This document shows, piece after piece, positions 10,076 to 23,844 of a DNA stretch of 64,000 nt. The stretch covers positions 1-64,000 of the forward strand of contig NIVC01000645.1 of NCBI GenBank assembly GCA_002269645.1, read 5' to 3'. Source of the DNA: Macrostomum lignano. Its lineage: Eukaryota. The position numbers and the translations under genes are program-made. The notes beneath the pieces are model-generated. The model saw only the letters and a list, made by a program, of their open reading frames with translations, was not told the origin of the DNA and made no database searches. Numbering within the stretch: position 1 is the stretch's first letter; each line of letters starts with the position of its first letter.

Positions 10076-13000
10076 TCAATAAGCCCGAATCTTCGGCGGC
10101 ACTGTCGGGCAGTCCTTCTGGTCGAGGGTCTTGTCAATGACCGGCCGGTACTTGAGCGTCACCTTGCCGGTGGCCTCGTCCATGAAGCACAGCGTGTGCT
10201 TGCGCCAGTGCTGCTCGAACGGCCGCTTGGTCTGGCCATCGGTCGGCTTGGTGTAGTCGAACTCGTCGATTCGATCTTTGAAGTCTTCGCGGGCGTGGGC
10301 GCCGCGCGACTCATTGCGGGCCTCGGCAGCGTACACAGTCTGCGTTGAGAGGGCGGGAGCGGCTGGGTTTCACGGTTGAGATTAGATTTAATTGCGGGGG
10401 GGGCAGGTAAGATTGGAGATAAAAGGTGCGATGATATTTAGGGGTGACATAAGAGTCGAAAGATGAAACCTGGATGCGAAGTCTGAGAAGACTAAGAGAT
10501 TCTAAGGGAAGGAGAAGGGCTCACCTGTCCAGCATTGAGCATCAGATTCTGCAGCTCCAGCGTCTCAACCAGATCGGAGTTCCAAATCAGGCTGCGGTCG
10601 GTGACCTTCAGATCGGCCATCCGTTTGTAGATTGCGTCGAACTCCTGGCAGCCGCGCTTCAGGGTGGGGCCGTCGCGGAACACGGCGGCGTTGCTCTGCA
10701 TGGCCTTCTGCAGGTCCAGCCGCAGCTGCGCCGTTGGGGTGTCGCCTTTGGCGTTGCGCAGCCGGTCGATGTTGGCTACGGAGGCCTCACCGGAGTCGGA
10801 GCGGAGAGGCGCCTGCTTCTCCCCAGGCCGGTTCTCCTTGGCGATGGTGTGCGCGCAGGCGCGGCCGAACACGACCAGATCCAGCAGAGAGTTGGCGCCG
10901 AGGCGGTTGGCGCCGTGCACCGACACGCAGGCGGCCTCGCCAGCGGCGTACAGGCCGGGGATCACCACGTCGGAGCCTTTCTGGGCATCGTAGGTGATGG
11001 CCTGCGGGAGGGGGACAGGAGACTGGCTATGAATCTAATGAGACTGGCTATGAATCTAATGAGACTGCCTTTCAATCTAATGAGACTGGCTATCAATCTA
11101 ATGAGACTGGTTATCAATCTAATGAGACTGGCTATCAATCTAATGAGACTGGTTATCAGTCTAATGAGACTGGCTATCAATCTAATGAGACTGGCTATCA
11201 ATCTAATGAGACTGGCTATCAATCTAATGAGACTGGCTATCAATCTAATGAGACTGGCTATCAATCTAATGAGACTGGCTATCAATCTAATGAGACTGGC
11301 TATAAATCTTATCTAATGAGACTGGCTATCAATCTTATCTAATGAGACTGGCTATCAATCTTATCTAATGAGACTGGCTATCATTCTTATCTAATGAGAC
11401 TGGCTATCAATCTTATCTAATGAGACTGGCTATCGATCTTATCTAATGAGACTGGCTATCAATCTTATCTAATGAGACTGGCTATCAATCTTATCTAATG
11501 AGACTGACTATCAATCTTATCTAATGAGACTGGCTATCAATCTTATCTAATGAGACTGGCTATCAATCTTATCTAATGAGACTGGCTATCGATCTTATCT
11601 AATGAGACTGACTATCAATCTTATCTAATGAGACTGGCTATCAATCTTATCTAATGAGACTGGCTATCAATCTTATCTAATGAGACTGGCTATCAATCTA
11701 ACGAGACTGGCTATCAATCTAATGAGACTGGCTATCAGTCTAATGAGATTGGCTATCAATCTAATGAGACTGGCTATAAATCAAATGAGACTGGCTATCA
11801 ATCTAATGAGACTGGCTATCAATCTAATGAGACTGGCTATCAATCTAATGAGACTGGCTATCAATCTCATGAGACTGGCTATCAATATTATCTAATGAGA
11901 CTGACTATCAATCTAATGAGACTGGCTATCAATCTAATGAGACTGGCTATTCGAATAATCATGGGGCGCAACTCGCCTGGCCCTGCCAGTTGGTGGGCAC
12001 GCCGCCCATGTTGTAGTGCACAGTGGGCAGCACAGGGATTGGCTCCCGGGTCACGTCCACCCCGGCAAAGATGTGAGCGGTCTCGGAGATGCCCGGCAGG
12101 CGGCTGCGCAGCTGTTCAGGCGGCAGGTGGTGCAGCTGCAGGAAGATGTGGTCCTTGTCCTTGCCAACTCCGCGGCCCTCGCGAATCTCGATGGTCATGG
12201 CGCGAGACACCACGTCGCGGCTGGCCAAGTCTTTGGCAACAGGAGCGTAGCGCTCCATGAACCTTTCGCCCTCGCTATTAACCAAGTAGCCGCCTTCGCC
12301 GCGGCAGCCCTCGGTGATGAGGCAGCCAGCTCCATAGATGCCAGTAGGATGGAACTGGACAAATTCCATGTCCTGGTTGGGCAGGCCAGCGCGGCTGACC
12401 ATGGCAGTGCCATCGCCAGTGCAGGTGTGCGCTGAGGTGCACGAGAAGTAGCACCGACCATAGCCTCTGCGGTTCAGGTGGAAGTGAATGACTGCTTTGT
12501 CTTAGGAGTACAAGTTTTCATTCCAACTGAACCTTATATTTAACAATTTCCTACTTATATATCTGATAGTAGTCTGAAGTGAGTATTAAGTCAGTTAAAT
12601 TTAGCAGCTTCACCCTCCATTGTTAAGAAGAAAAAAGCATGAAATTAAGTTTTAAAAGCAACCTATAGCTAGCTAATTCTTTGCTACAGGCACTTAGTGC
12701 ACTAGATTGATGAGCCTTAGTGAACCAATCAATTTAATTTTTTATTAGATAAGATTGCCATCTATAAAAATACCCCTTGGCAATAAACTAAGTAATGAAA
12801 TAATAAAAATCTAACAATTAGTAGCAAACCTAGTTTTAATGAGTCTATAGTAAAAAGTAAATAATATTTAAAAAAATAATATTGACTGATTTATTGAGAT
12901 TTTAGTTATAAAAAGCATAAGCTATCAGAGTTACATTAGAGCAAATAGAAAATAAACTAAGGATTGACCAACTATGATTTTTTCATGCGTGATTGGAACT

Positions 13001-14290
13001 AGACCATGTGTGAAACCATGTGTGACTATGATTTTTTTTACATTTTATTTGAACACAGAACTATGTTTTAATATTACTGTCTAAAAATTTTTATTGATTT
13101 TTAAGATTTTTATGATTGTAAGTTATGAAAGATTGGGAAAGAATTCAATCAAAACAATGTTTATATATGCAAGCAATAAAGTTCACAAGTTCATAGTTTA
13201 TAAGTAAGAAGCTATTACATTATCTTTATTATAAATTAAAATTGATTAAAATCATTTGCTTATATAACTATTAATTATATACTTAATTATAAAGAATCTA
13301 GACCATATATTTCTAGTTTTAGTTAGTCTAGATTTGCTAATTATAAGAAAAATAAAATATTTATTATTCAATGTTACATATATGATATTTTAATATTTTT
13401 ATAAATTATTGTAAATATCTATTAATTAAACTTTTTAAATACTTAATAACTTTATATAGGCCTAATTTGGTTTCAAAGCTAAGAGAAGGCCAAAAAATTC
13501 GAAACTTTTACTGTGTATAAGCCAAAGGTCAAATTCCAAAGTCAAGTCAAACGTAATAAACAATAATGACTAGTATCAATACTCACCCAGTAGCCAAAAC
13601 AGTATTCTTTGATTGAAACCTATGAATTGTGCCATCTTCCAAATTCAAGGCAATGACACCTTTGCAGATTCCATCTTCATAGATAATGTCCAGAGCAAAA
13701 TACTCAACAAAATAGTCGCAGCCATACTTCAATGACCTGCCATACAAGGTATGCAACATTGAATGTCCAGTTCGATCTGCCACTGCACAGCAACGATGGG
13801 CCTGGCCTCCTTGGCCATAGTTGATGCTCTGACCACCAAAAGCACGCTGGTAAATCCGGCCATTTTCTAAACGACTAAATGGCATACCATAGTTTTCCAG
13901 CTCGATCACAGCCTTGGGCGCCTGCTCGCACATGTAGTGAATAGCATCTTGGTCACCTAGCCAGTCAGAACCCTTCACCGTATCATACATGTGGAATCGC
14001 CAGTCATCAGCCTCCATGTTTCCCAGTGCGGCATTGATTCCACCCTGCGCTGCAACAGTATGGGATCGAGTAGGAAACAGCTTTGTTACGCATGCTGTCT
14101 TGAATCCTTCATTAGCGAGTCCGAAAGCAGCACGCAAACCAGCGCCACCAGCTCCAACGACTACAGCATCATAGACATGGTCAATGACAGGATATTGCGA
14201 TGTTATTGAACTGGTAGTTGCATTGCGATGCAAGCGCTGGTTAAAACCAACGATATTTCTCAGTCTTAAAATTCGCCCTAATTTTAACAT
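10076..14290 (-). CDS. SDHA: Succinate dehydrogenase flavoprotein subunit, mitochondrial precursor; exons 14290-13587, 12466-11977, 11001-10525, 10339-10076; 644 aa
   Basis: FAD-binding VVVGAGGAG, covalent FAD-His motif [44 protein letters not shown]. Exon lengths 704+490+477+264=1935 nt join in frame with AG acceptors and GT/GC donors. Confidence 0.97.
11020..11950. repeat. 21/26-bp minisatellite filling SDHA intron 2
   Basis: Tandem ATGAGACTGGCTATCAATCT(TATCT)A occupies nearly all of intron 11002-11976. Confidence 0.97.
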
Positions 14291-15309
14291 TTTCTACTTG
14301 ATAGGCGTATTGCCAATAAAAGTACACAACCTGTTTTAGAATAACGAAAACCAAGTAATTTTTGAAGGGCAAATGTGTGTACGGTAAAAATAAACCTATT
14401 TCAAAATATAGTCAAACTTTAATTTAAACGTAAAAGTGACTTTAAAAAAAATTAAGAACATAATATTACCACCTAACTGTTCTTCGTTATACAAACACTG
14501 AATTTTTTAGCCTATTAGTATTAATGCTTAGTTATACTGAAAACTTGCCGAGTTTATACTTTTCAGAGGGAAATAAGAAAAACAATTAATATTAAAAAAT
14601 AACAATTTTTTAGTTTCTAGGAGCTAGTTTCCAGTCAATGCAGCTCTGAATCAGTCACTTCTAGAGCTGATGTGTAAATTAGTATCAATTCAAAAAACTT
14701 TCCAGGACGGAGACGCAAATCTGGCGGAGAACGCTCATCGAAAATCAGCTAACATACCCAACCCTGAAGTGAGTATTCCTTCACTTCAACCCTCTCGATT
14801 GGGACCAGACCCTGAAAAGCATCTTGAGGCCTAATTTATTAAGACTACAGCTAATACAAGCATAAAGACAAGACGACTAAATACTAAAGGACTACAAAAA
14901 TAGAAGGATGCAATTACACTCAAAATCTATGGAAATTGTAATTGACGGCCACTTTTCTAAACAATGTCACTTTTGAATGGATGCACGTGGAAATTTCTTT
15001 TTTTCGCTGAGACCTTCGAAATTTATTCCCCTTTAAGATAAAATAGCATTCGCGGATTTGGCTTAACTTTTTTTAAATTTCACTTTTCTTAAGGCAACCC
15101 ATTTATTCATCAACAAATATATATGCCTTTACTATCTAAAACTAGTTACGAGCCTTAAACTCCATTTCTAACTCTTCGAAGGGTTTAATTAGCCGTGTAG
15201 AATGTTTAAACAATATAACGAAATTTAAATTGAAAATCGGTAGTATCCAGCAAAATATTTATCTAAAGTGGCCTTCAAAACTTTTTTCCGTGAAAAGTGA
15301 GTGTCGCGT

Positions 15310-15870
15310 CCTGTATATACATGTATGTTGCTTTAGAGCCTCGCACCATGTCGCGAATGAACGTCACGCATCTGCGGCGCTGGCATCAGACAGCAGGCAG
15401 TCGACAAAACGCCAAGTGCAGCGGATCTGCCCCCACCGGTAGGGTGCCTGCAGCGTCAGCAGCAGCACCTCCTGCACCCAGTTGCGGGGAGTACGTCTTG
15501 GCACGGATGATGTGTCCTGCCAGCTGGAGTTGCCGACGGCGCAGCAGTTCGCTTGGACGGACCAGTCCGGCGCGGTGATACAATGCCGCGTTTGTCACTC
15601 GCTCGTAGCCGATCTTGAAGGCGGCGCGCAGCAGGCCAGCGTGCGCGACGTCAACTTGTTGCTCGAGCGAATCCGTCAGCGTCCAGGTCTCGGCCTTGTA
15701 CCACAGGACAGTCTATCGAACACTGCCAGTGACAATGCCGCCTTCTGGCGGTCAGGTAGTGTCTCGGACTGCGGGACTACCCTGGCAGAACAGAAGGCAG
15801 CCCAGGCAAGCCCGCGCGGCGATGCCGCAAATCTTTGCGACGCCAGGAACCAGACCGCTCGCTACTCTGA
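15310..15870 (-). mobile_element. 5'-truncated, degenerate non-LTR retrotransposon (LINE) 3' end
   Basis: Minus-strand translation GLAWAAF...VLWYKAETWTLTDSLEQQVDVAHAGLLRAAF..VTNAALY..LLRRRQLQLAGHIIR resembles the post-RT C-terminal region of RTE-type LINEs; frameshifted. Confidence 0.75.
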
Positions 15871-16109
15871 GTGAAAAGTCGACTTCAAAGCCAAAAGCTG
15901 TCAGACGAAGCGATCATTGGGGACTGAGAAGCCCAGTTACATGTACTTTGACTGCAGATTTACTCAAGGCTGCAAAATCCAATGACCAAAATTTAAATTT
16001 AAAATAAGTATTGAAGTGCTGGATTGCTATTGTGAAGCTTCAAAGGTCCCGAGGCTCGCGATGGAGAGGGTCGCAGTTTGCCGACACCTGATGTTACAGG
16101 GTACATGTA

Positions 16110-16780
16110 CAATGCATGCACAACTGTACAATGAGTGTACATCTACATTCTGCACTGACCAATTGATCGTGCAATTTGAGTTCTTCTTAATTACACTTGG
16201 ATTCTTACGCTGTATTGATTTGATTCTTTAGCTTTTTCAGATTTTTCTTCGGTATTCAATATGCATGTAAGATGCATCTCGTACGTCTTGTATGTTTGGC
16301 TTTAATGTCATCGAGCTCATTAATCATGCTTTATGATAAACAGAGAAGAACTACAGGGTATGGCAAGGCTAAAGTTTCCGTATCAAAGCAGCCAACTGCA
16401 TGCAATGCTGTTGAACCGTACTCAAGCAGTCCTCAGACGTATCGTTTGACTCAATGAAAAATAAAAATAATTGATTGCATGAGGGAAACTCACAATTGAT
16501 AAATAGCTGTAGACAACTCGCTGCTTGAATATCGTTGGAGGAAAATGACGAGTTGTCGGGCGAATGTCGTGTTCAGGGCACAAAGCAACTTGCACTTTTA
16601 TGGACACATTTTGAAATCCATCGACCATAAAATTCCTCTTGACTATATGGATCGAAGGAGAACCAACAGCTCGTCCACGGCAGGGAAAATGGTAACAGTG
16701 ATTTCAAGTTTCAAGCTCATTTGGATATTCTTGTCGTTAACAGTAAACTCAGCCTATAAACTTTTGTAACATCCCTCGTA
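16110..16780 (-). mobile_element. Degenerate mariner relic, left TIR and N-terminal transposase region
   Basis: Minus strand begins TA-CGAGGGATGTTACAAAAGTTT, resembling mariner TIRs; weak degenerate translation (KQRVV.., EDCLSTVQ, TEEKSEK..NPSV). Confidence 0.4.
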
Positions 16781-17262
16781 CATCTCAACTCAGAAGGGAT
16801 CAGCTTCACAAAGGATCTAAAAACCATTCGAACTCAAAATGATGCACCCAATTATATTTAGACTGGGGCAGACCACAGCCAAGGGTATTTTGTTATTGCG
16901 TCGGTTAAAAGTGCATCCCAAGGAAGCGACGCACCAGACAGGGTTTAAAGGACGGACGGGATATGATATACGACTCTCACACAGCAAACGGCCTGCATGC
17001 TCCCTGAGGTTGACCTCATGCGCGTGCATGTATTGCTGGTTCCAGAAGGGCTAATTGTACAATTTTTGACTTATCGTCCAATGCAGCAGCTGACAGAAAA
17101 TTGGCTGCATTTTGGAAGCCGAGTTCGGGTCTGCTTTGGAGAGGATGTTCAGGCCACGAAGAGAATATATCAGCTAAATGTGGGTTTCAGTTTTTTGGCA
17201 GTTAGAAATTGATTATGCTCCCTCAGAGTGACATAGTGGAAATATACTTCGTAGTACTTGTA

Positions 17263-18845
17263 GAGTTGCTGAGATGCCAAGGATCACAGGGGAGTTGCTG
17301 AGATGCCAAGGATCACAGGGGAGTTGCTGAGATGCCAAGGATCACAGGGGAGTTGCTGAGATGCCAAGGATCACAGGGGAGTTGCTGAGATGCCAAGGCT
17401 CACAGGGGAGTTGCTGAGATGCCAAGGATCACAGGGGAGTTGCTGAGATGCCAAGGATCACAGGGGAGTTGCTGAGATGCCAAGGATCACAGGGGAGTTG
17501 CTGAGATGCCAAGGCTCACAGGGGAGTTGCTGAGATGCCAAGGCTCACAGGGGAGTTGCTGAGATGCCAAGGCTCACAGGGGAGTTGCTGAGATGCCAAG
17601 GCTCACAGGGGAGTTGCTGAGATGCCAAGGCTCACAGGGGAGTTGCTGAGATGCCAAGGCTCACAGGGGAGTTGCTGAGATGCCAAGGCTCACAGGGGAG
17701 TTGCTGAGATGCCAAGGCTCACAGGGGAGTTGCTGAGATGCCAAGGATCACAGGGGAGTTGCTGAGATGCCAAGGATCACAGGGGAGTTGCTGAGATGCC
17801 AAGGCTCACAGGGGAGTTGCTGAGATGCCAAGGATCACAGGGGAGTTGCTGAGATGCCAAGGCTCACACGGGAGTTGCTGAGATGCCAAGGATCACAGGG
17901 GAGTTGCTGAGATGCCAAGGCTCACAGGGGAGTTGCTGAGATGCCAAGGCTCACAGGGGAGTTGCTGAGATGCCAAGGCTCACAGGGGAGTTGCTGAGAT
18001 GCCAAGGATCACAGGGGAGTTGCTGAGATGCCAAGGCTCACAGGGGAGTTGCTGAGATGCCAAGGCTCACAGGGGAGTTGCTGAGATGCCAAGGATCACA
18101 GGGGAGTTGCTGAGATGCCAAGGATCACAGGGGAGTTGCTGAGATGCCAAGGCTCACAGGGGAGTTGCTGAGATACCAAGGATCACAGGGGAGTTGCTGA
18201 GATGCCAAGGCTCACACGGGAGTTGCTGAGATGCCAAGGATCACAGGGGAGTTGCTGAGATGCCAAGGCTCACAGGGGAGTTGCTGAGATGCCAAGGCTC
18301 ACAGGGGAGTTGCTGAGATGCCAAGGCTCACTGGGGAGTTGCTGAGATGCCAAGGATCACAGGGGAGTTGCTGAGATGCCAAGGATCACAGGGGAGTTGC
18401 TGAGATGCCAAGGCTCACAGGGGAGTTGCTGAGATGCCAAGGCTCACAGGGGAGTTGCTGAGATGCCAAGGATCACAGGGGAGTTGCTGAGATGCCAAGG
18501 CTCACACGGGAGTTGCTGAGATGCCAAGGATCACAGGGGAGTTGCTGAGATGCCAAGGCTCACAGGGGAGTTGCTGAGATGCCAAGGCTCACAGGGGAGT
18601 TGCTGAGATGCCAAGGATCACAGGGGAGTTGCTGAGATGCCAAGGCTCACACGGGAGTTGCTGAGATGCCAAGGATCACAGGGGAGTTGCTGAGATGCCA
18701 AGGCTCACAGGGGAGTTGCTGAGATGCCAAGGCTCACAGGGGAGTTGCTGAGATGCCAAGGCTCACAGGGGAGTTGCTGAGATGCCAAGGATCACAGGGG
18801 AGTTGCTGAGATGCCAAGGCTCACAGGGGAGTTGCTGAGATGCCA
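17263..18845. repeat. 29-bp minisatellite (GAGTTGCTGAGATGCCAAGG[A/C]TCACAGGG)n
   Basis: Direct tandem repeat, about 54 copies. Confidence 0.97.
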
Positions 18846-20409
18846 CCAATCAATGTGACATGCTGATATTTCGAGGCTCAAGAGGGATGCGGATATCTCA
18901 GGCAAGAAAGCTGTCTTTCAGGACTAAACCTTCTCTGCTTTTAAATTTATCCTTTTGAAACCAGCAATATTTATTGACTCTTGGCGTAATGTTTTTGAAA
19001 ACAATATTTTCCCTATTTTGTTGCCCCCCACAACGACAACAGTTGAGGAGGGGGAAGGAGTTTTGTGCTGTTTTCCGCGATAAAATAGCTGGTCACGAGA
19101 AAATTACACGCGGAACATGACAGTGGCTTCACAACATCCTGCGTTTATTGTTGAATCTTTATAATCAGTTCTGTTGTTCTACCTAGTGATTAATTCGGGA
19201 GGGATAAACCGACTTCCGGGGTCAAACAACACACGCCTGCTCCAGCTTCTTGGCCTGCGATGGGGAAAAAACTCAACTTTCTAAATATAACCCTCGAAAT
19301 ATATAATTTCATTGAAAACAAAAAGGAAGGAAAACAGTCCCTGAAGTGCACATATAGATTTAGCTGACTATTTTGCTTTCATTTTGAAAACACCACTCCC
19401 AACTGTGTCGCTGCAGAAGCTCTGAAAGCCCCCCCCCCGTCGGGAACCGATCTGGACTGCATGGTAGCGGAAAGGCAATCTTCTTGCGCTTTGAAAAGGC
19501 GCCGCTCTCTCTCCTTGGGGAATAGGGATCTGGTGGGTCGTAGCTTCCTCAGCGGCATACCATGAGCTGGCGCTAGTTGCTGCAACTTGTGCGGCCGTCG
19601 TGTGGGGCGAAATTGGATTTCTTTACTGCACCGCACGGGGGATTCTCTGCGGTGCTCCGCTTTTATTACAGAAGCATGGGAGCCAATTATGGGAAAAAAG
19701 TTCTCTCTGGCGATCTGGGCGCGCTGACAGTCTGACTTCTGAGGCTTTCCAATGCAAATTGTAACTGCATTTTGCTTCCTTCCATTCTGTAACTCGTCAT
19801 AAATTTGAACCGTGTGCTCATTAAAAAATTCGAGAGCTCGATCAGGTTCTCAAAACTTAAGCGGGAACAAACTCCCACAAAGAACCAACTACGAGTAATG
19901 ATGGGACCTTTCGTCAGGGAGACTGCATGGGAACTAGTCAATTTCATTTAATATCTAGCAGTGATATTTTATGTTATCCCCCGTTCCCCAGGTCATGGAT
20001 GCATGCATGAGAGCATGGCAGCAATGCGTAAGCCAGGAACCAAGACAAGAGGCACGCTCGTACTTTAGCGTCTGAATATGAATGAATCCTCGAATGTCCT
20101 TATTTGAAGAAATTCAGCTCTCTTTGCCAAGTTGTAGCCTGTAGTGCTAGCGGACCCAGCATTCGAATGAGTTTTTTCCTCAAGGCCAGCTGTGTCATTA
20201 ATCTTAGAATGAAATCACAACGCTTTTTAAAATGGGTATATTATTTGTCTCCATGGATGCTTTGTGTTCTGCAAATTTCCTATTCCAAAACCTATTCCAA
20301 CCAATCTATCTAAAGTACGAACGAAGATTTCGCAAACTTCTCCGGAACTCGAGAACCCTCGACTAGAAGTGGTTTTGAAGTTTTGAAGAAAGCTTAGAAC
20401 GGTACCGGT

Positions 20410-20716
20410 TGGGATATACTGATGGGATATGGGTCAGACTTCGGACCAAAAGAAAAGGGACTGTCGATAGCATCAGTATTCCCCGGGAGTGGCCCGGACT
20501 TCAATTTGATTTCCTCGGCTTTGCCACCCAAACCCATTGCGAGATGTGGAGTAGAGTGTCACTGAGAGGCAATCTGAGTTTGAACCGGTGTGAACTGAAG
20601 CAATGCAGAGTTAAGTGTCTTGCTCAAGAATACAAATTGTTCCGATTGGATCGAGAATCGAACCCCTGACCTTTCAGTCGTGAGTCCGACGCTCTTAACC
20701 ACTAGGCTACAACCCC
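20410..20716 (-). mobile_element. tRNA-derived SINE family B with CORE-like central domain
   Basis: Minus strand GGGGTTGTAGCCTAGTGGTTAAGAGCGTCGGACTCACGACTGAAAGGTCAGGGGTTCGATTC (A and B boxes), then CTTGAGCAAGACACTTAACTC resembling the SINE CORE motif; 3' end uncertain. Confidence 0.65.
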
Positions 20717-20796
20717 TTACAAGGGGATGGGAATGCATAGCTAGGTATAGTATAGAATAAGCTGTAATCCATTGTTGCCTTCTTAGGTGCTTACAC

Positions 20797-22285
20797 GAGC
20801 ATTTCTCATGGACACAGCCGATTCCACATGACGTATTGAGCCTTTCTCATGGACACAGCCGATTCTTTATGATGTAGCGAGCATTTCTCATGGACACAGC
20901 CGATTCTGCATGACGTAGCGAGCATTTCTCATGGACACAGCCGATTCCACATGACGTAGTGAGCCTTTCTCATGGACACAGCCGATTCTTTATGATGTAG
21001 CGAGAATTTCTCATGGACACAGCCGATCCTGCATGACGTAGCGAGCATTTATCATGGACACAGCCGATTCTGCATGACGTAGCGAGCATTTCTCATGGAC
21101 ACAGCCGATTCTGCATGATGTAGCAAGCATTTCTCATCGACACAGCCGATTCTGCATGACGTAGCGAGCATTTCTCATCGACACAGCCGATTCTGCATGA
21201 CGTAGCGAGCATTTCTCATCGACACAGCCGATTCTGCATGACGTAGCGAGCATTTCTCATCGACACAGCCGATTCTGCATGACGTAGCGAGCATTTCTCA
21301 TGGATACAGCCGATTCTGCATGACGTAGCGAGCATTTCTCATGGACACAGCGGATTCTGCATGATGTAGCGAGCATTTCTCATCGACACAGCCGATTCTG
21401 CATGACGTAGCGAGCATTTCTCATGGATACAGCCGATTCTGCATGACGTAGCGAGCATTTCTCATCGACACAGCCGATTCTGCATGACGTAGCGAGCATT
21501 TCTCATGGACACAGCGGATTCTGCATGATGTAGCGAGCATTTCTCATGGACACAGCCGATTCTGCATGACGTAGCGAGCATTTCTCATGGATACAGCCGA
21601 TTCTGCATGACGTAGCGAGCATTTCTCATGGACACAGCCGATCCTGCATTACGTAGCGAGCATTTCTCATGGACACAGCCGATTCTTTATGATGTAGCGA
21701 GAATTTCTCATGGACACAGCCGATCCTGCATGACGTAGCGAGCATTTCTCATAGACACAGCCGATTCTGAATGACGTAGTGAGCCTTTCTCATGGACACA
21801 GCCGATTCTGAATGACGTAGTGAGCCTTTCTCATGGACACAGCCGATTCTGCATGACGTAGCGAGCATTTCTCATGGACACAGCCGATTCTGCACGACGT
21901 AGCGAGCATTTCTCATGGACACAGCCGATTCTTTATGATGTAGCGAGAATTTCTCATGGACACAGCCGATTCTTTATGACGTAGCGAGCATTTCTCATAA
22001 ACACAGCCGATTCTGAATGACGTAGTGAGCATTTCTCATAAACACAGCCGATTCTGAATGACGTAGTGAGCCTTTCTCATGGACACAGCCGATTCTGCAT
22101 GACGTAGCGAGCATTTCTCATGGACACAGCCGATTCTGCACGACGTAGCGAGCATTTCTCATGGACACAGCCGATTCTGAATGACGTAGTGAGCATTTCT
22201 CATGGACACAGCCGATCCTGCATGACGTAGCGAGCATTTCTCATGGACACAGCCGATTTTTCATGACAGCGAGCATTTCTCATGG
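20797..22285. repeat. 41-bp minisatellite (GAGCATTTCTCATGGACACAGCCGATTCTGCATGACGTAGC)n
   Basis: Direct tandem repeat with variant units. Confidence 0.97.
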
Positions 22286-23008
22286 TCAAATCTGATTCTA
22301 AAAACAGTCCAGTGTTGTTTTTCGTCGTGTCTAAGTAAACCAAAATCTCAATACCCTTTTACCTGCCAGTCAATCCTCAGTCACTTATAGATACCAACTC
22401 TTTGAAAAGATCACCAAAACAGGAAATCGACAGCCGCAATATCTTATCAACTTCCGGTGGGGGCTGGCACGGTCAATTTTGCTAAGAAATCAATGAGAGC
22501 TGCTACCCTCATGAAGAAAGGTATAAGAGCATCATAAACTAACGGTAGAATCCCAAAAAAGTAATTGCAATCATCTAAAAGTGCATACGGCTCAAACGTG
22601 CAGAGTCACTTGATTGAATATTCGAGTCCCAACTGCCCCGGAGTTGATGGGTGGCGCTTGAACAGAATTTAAAATATTTATCAAGCCCCGCTCTCAAACA
22701 GGAAGACTGGAGAAAATTATGTGCTCAGATCTGATTTTCACTCCACGTTGCCCCAGCATTCTCTGCATCCCTCCGTCTCCTTACTCTGTCATTTTGCAAG
22801 CAGGTGACTAATGACCTGGACGGATTTTGAAAGCTCAGAATGCATAGTTCCCTATATTTTCAGAGCAGTGTTGCAATCTAGCATCAATCTTTATCTCAAA
22901 CTGACTCAGTCGGTTCGCAAATTTCTCAACTGGAAAGCTCGTCTACTAAATAATGAAAACCTTTTGTCGTCTTTTGTTTCGAGCGAGCAAGTTAAAGCAG
23001 TGAGTTCT

Positions 23009-23400
<392 letters not shown>

Positions 23401-23844
23401 GAGCTGGCAGAGGGTGAACTCCCCAGTAAGATCAGGGCTGAATAATTCATCAGCAGCAAGAAGAGACGCAAAGGCTTCACAAGTAACATTGGCTTTCTCC
23501 TAAAAGCAGGAAAATTTGGATTTTCGATCGCAGCACTTTCGAAGCCGCATAGAAGCAGTGACAGCCGAAGCCGATATGGTGAATTCGTTTACAAGTCCTG
23601 GATAGAAAACTGCGATCGATTCCTCGTGCCTAAAGAAGTCGCAGAAATTCTACATCAGTGGCATCAATACGGCTCGCACAGTGAAGCTGCCAAGAGTATG
23701 GAGTATGGTGCTGTTACAGTGCGTACTGTACACGCAGAATTGTGTTTTGAATAGCACACCTGAATTGGTTGCGTCTTTTTTTAATCGAATTCTTTTTTAC
23801 CATTGACAAGTTCTTCGATTTCAGGACGTGTCAGATTTGACTCA

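Noticed and set aside
10474-12461. Plus-strand and alternative-frame ORFs over SDHA exons
   Set aside because: Shadows of GC-rich coding sequence; the same applies to shadow ORFs over the LTR element, mago and CACHD1.
14706-14768. Possible 63-nt plus-strand exon (TTCCAG|GAC...GAA|GTGAGT) upstream of SDHA
   Set aside because: Open with good splice sites, but no partner exons or homology identified.
20642-20716. Stand-alone tRNA gene
   Set aside because: No clean acceptor stem or T-run terminator, and it continues into a SINE-like body.
17263-22285. CRISPR-like appearance of the 29-bp and 41-bp repeats
   Set aside because: Head-to-tail units without unique spacers; eukaryotic context; no cas genes.
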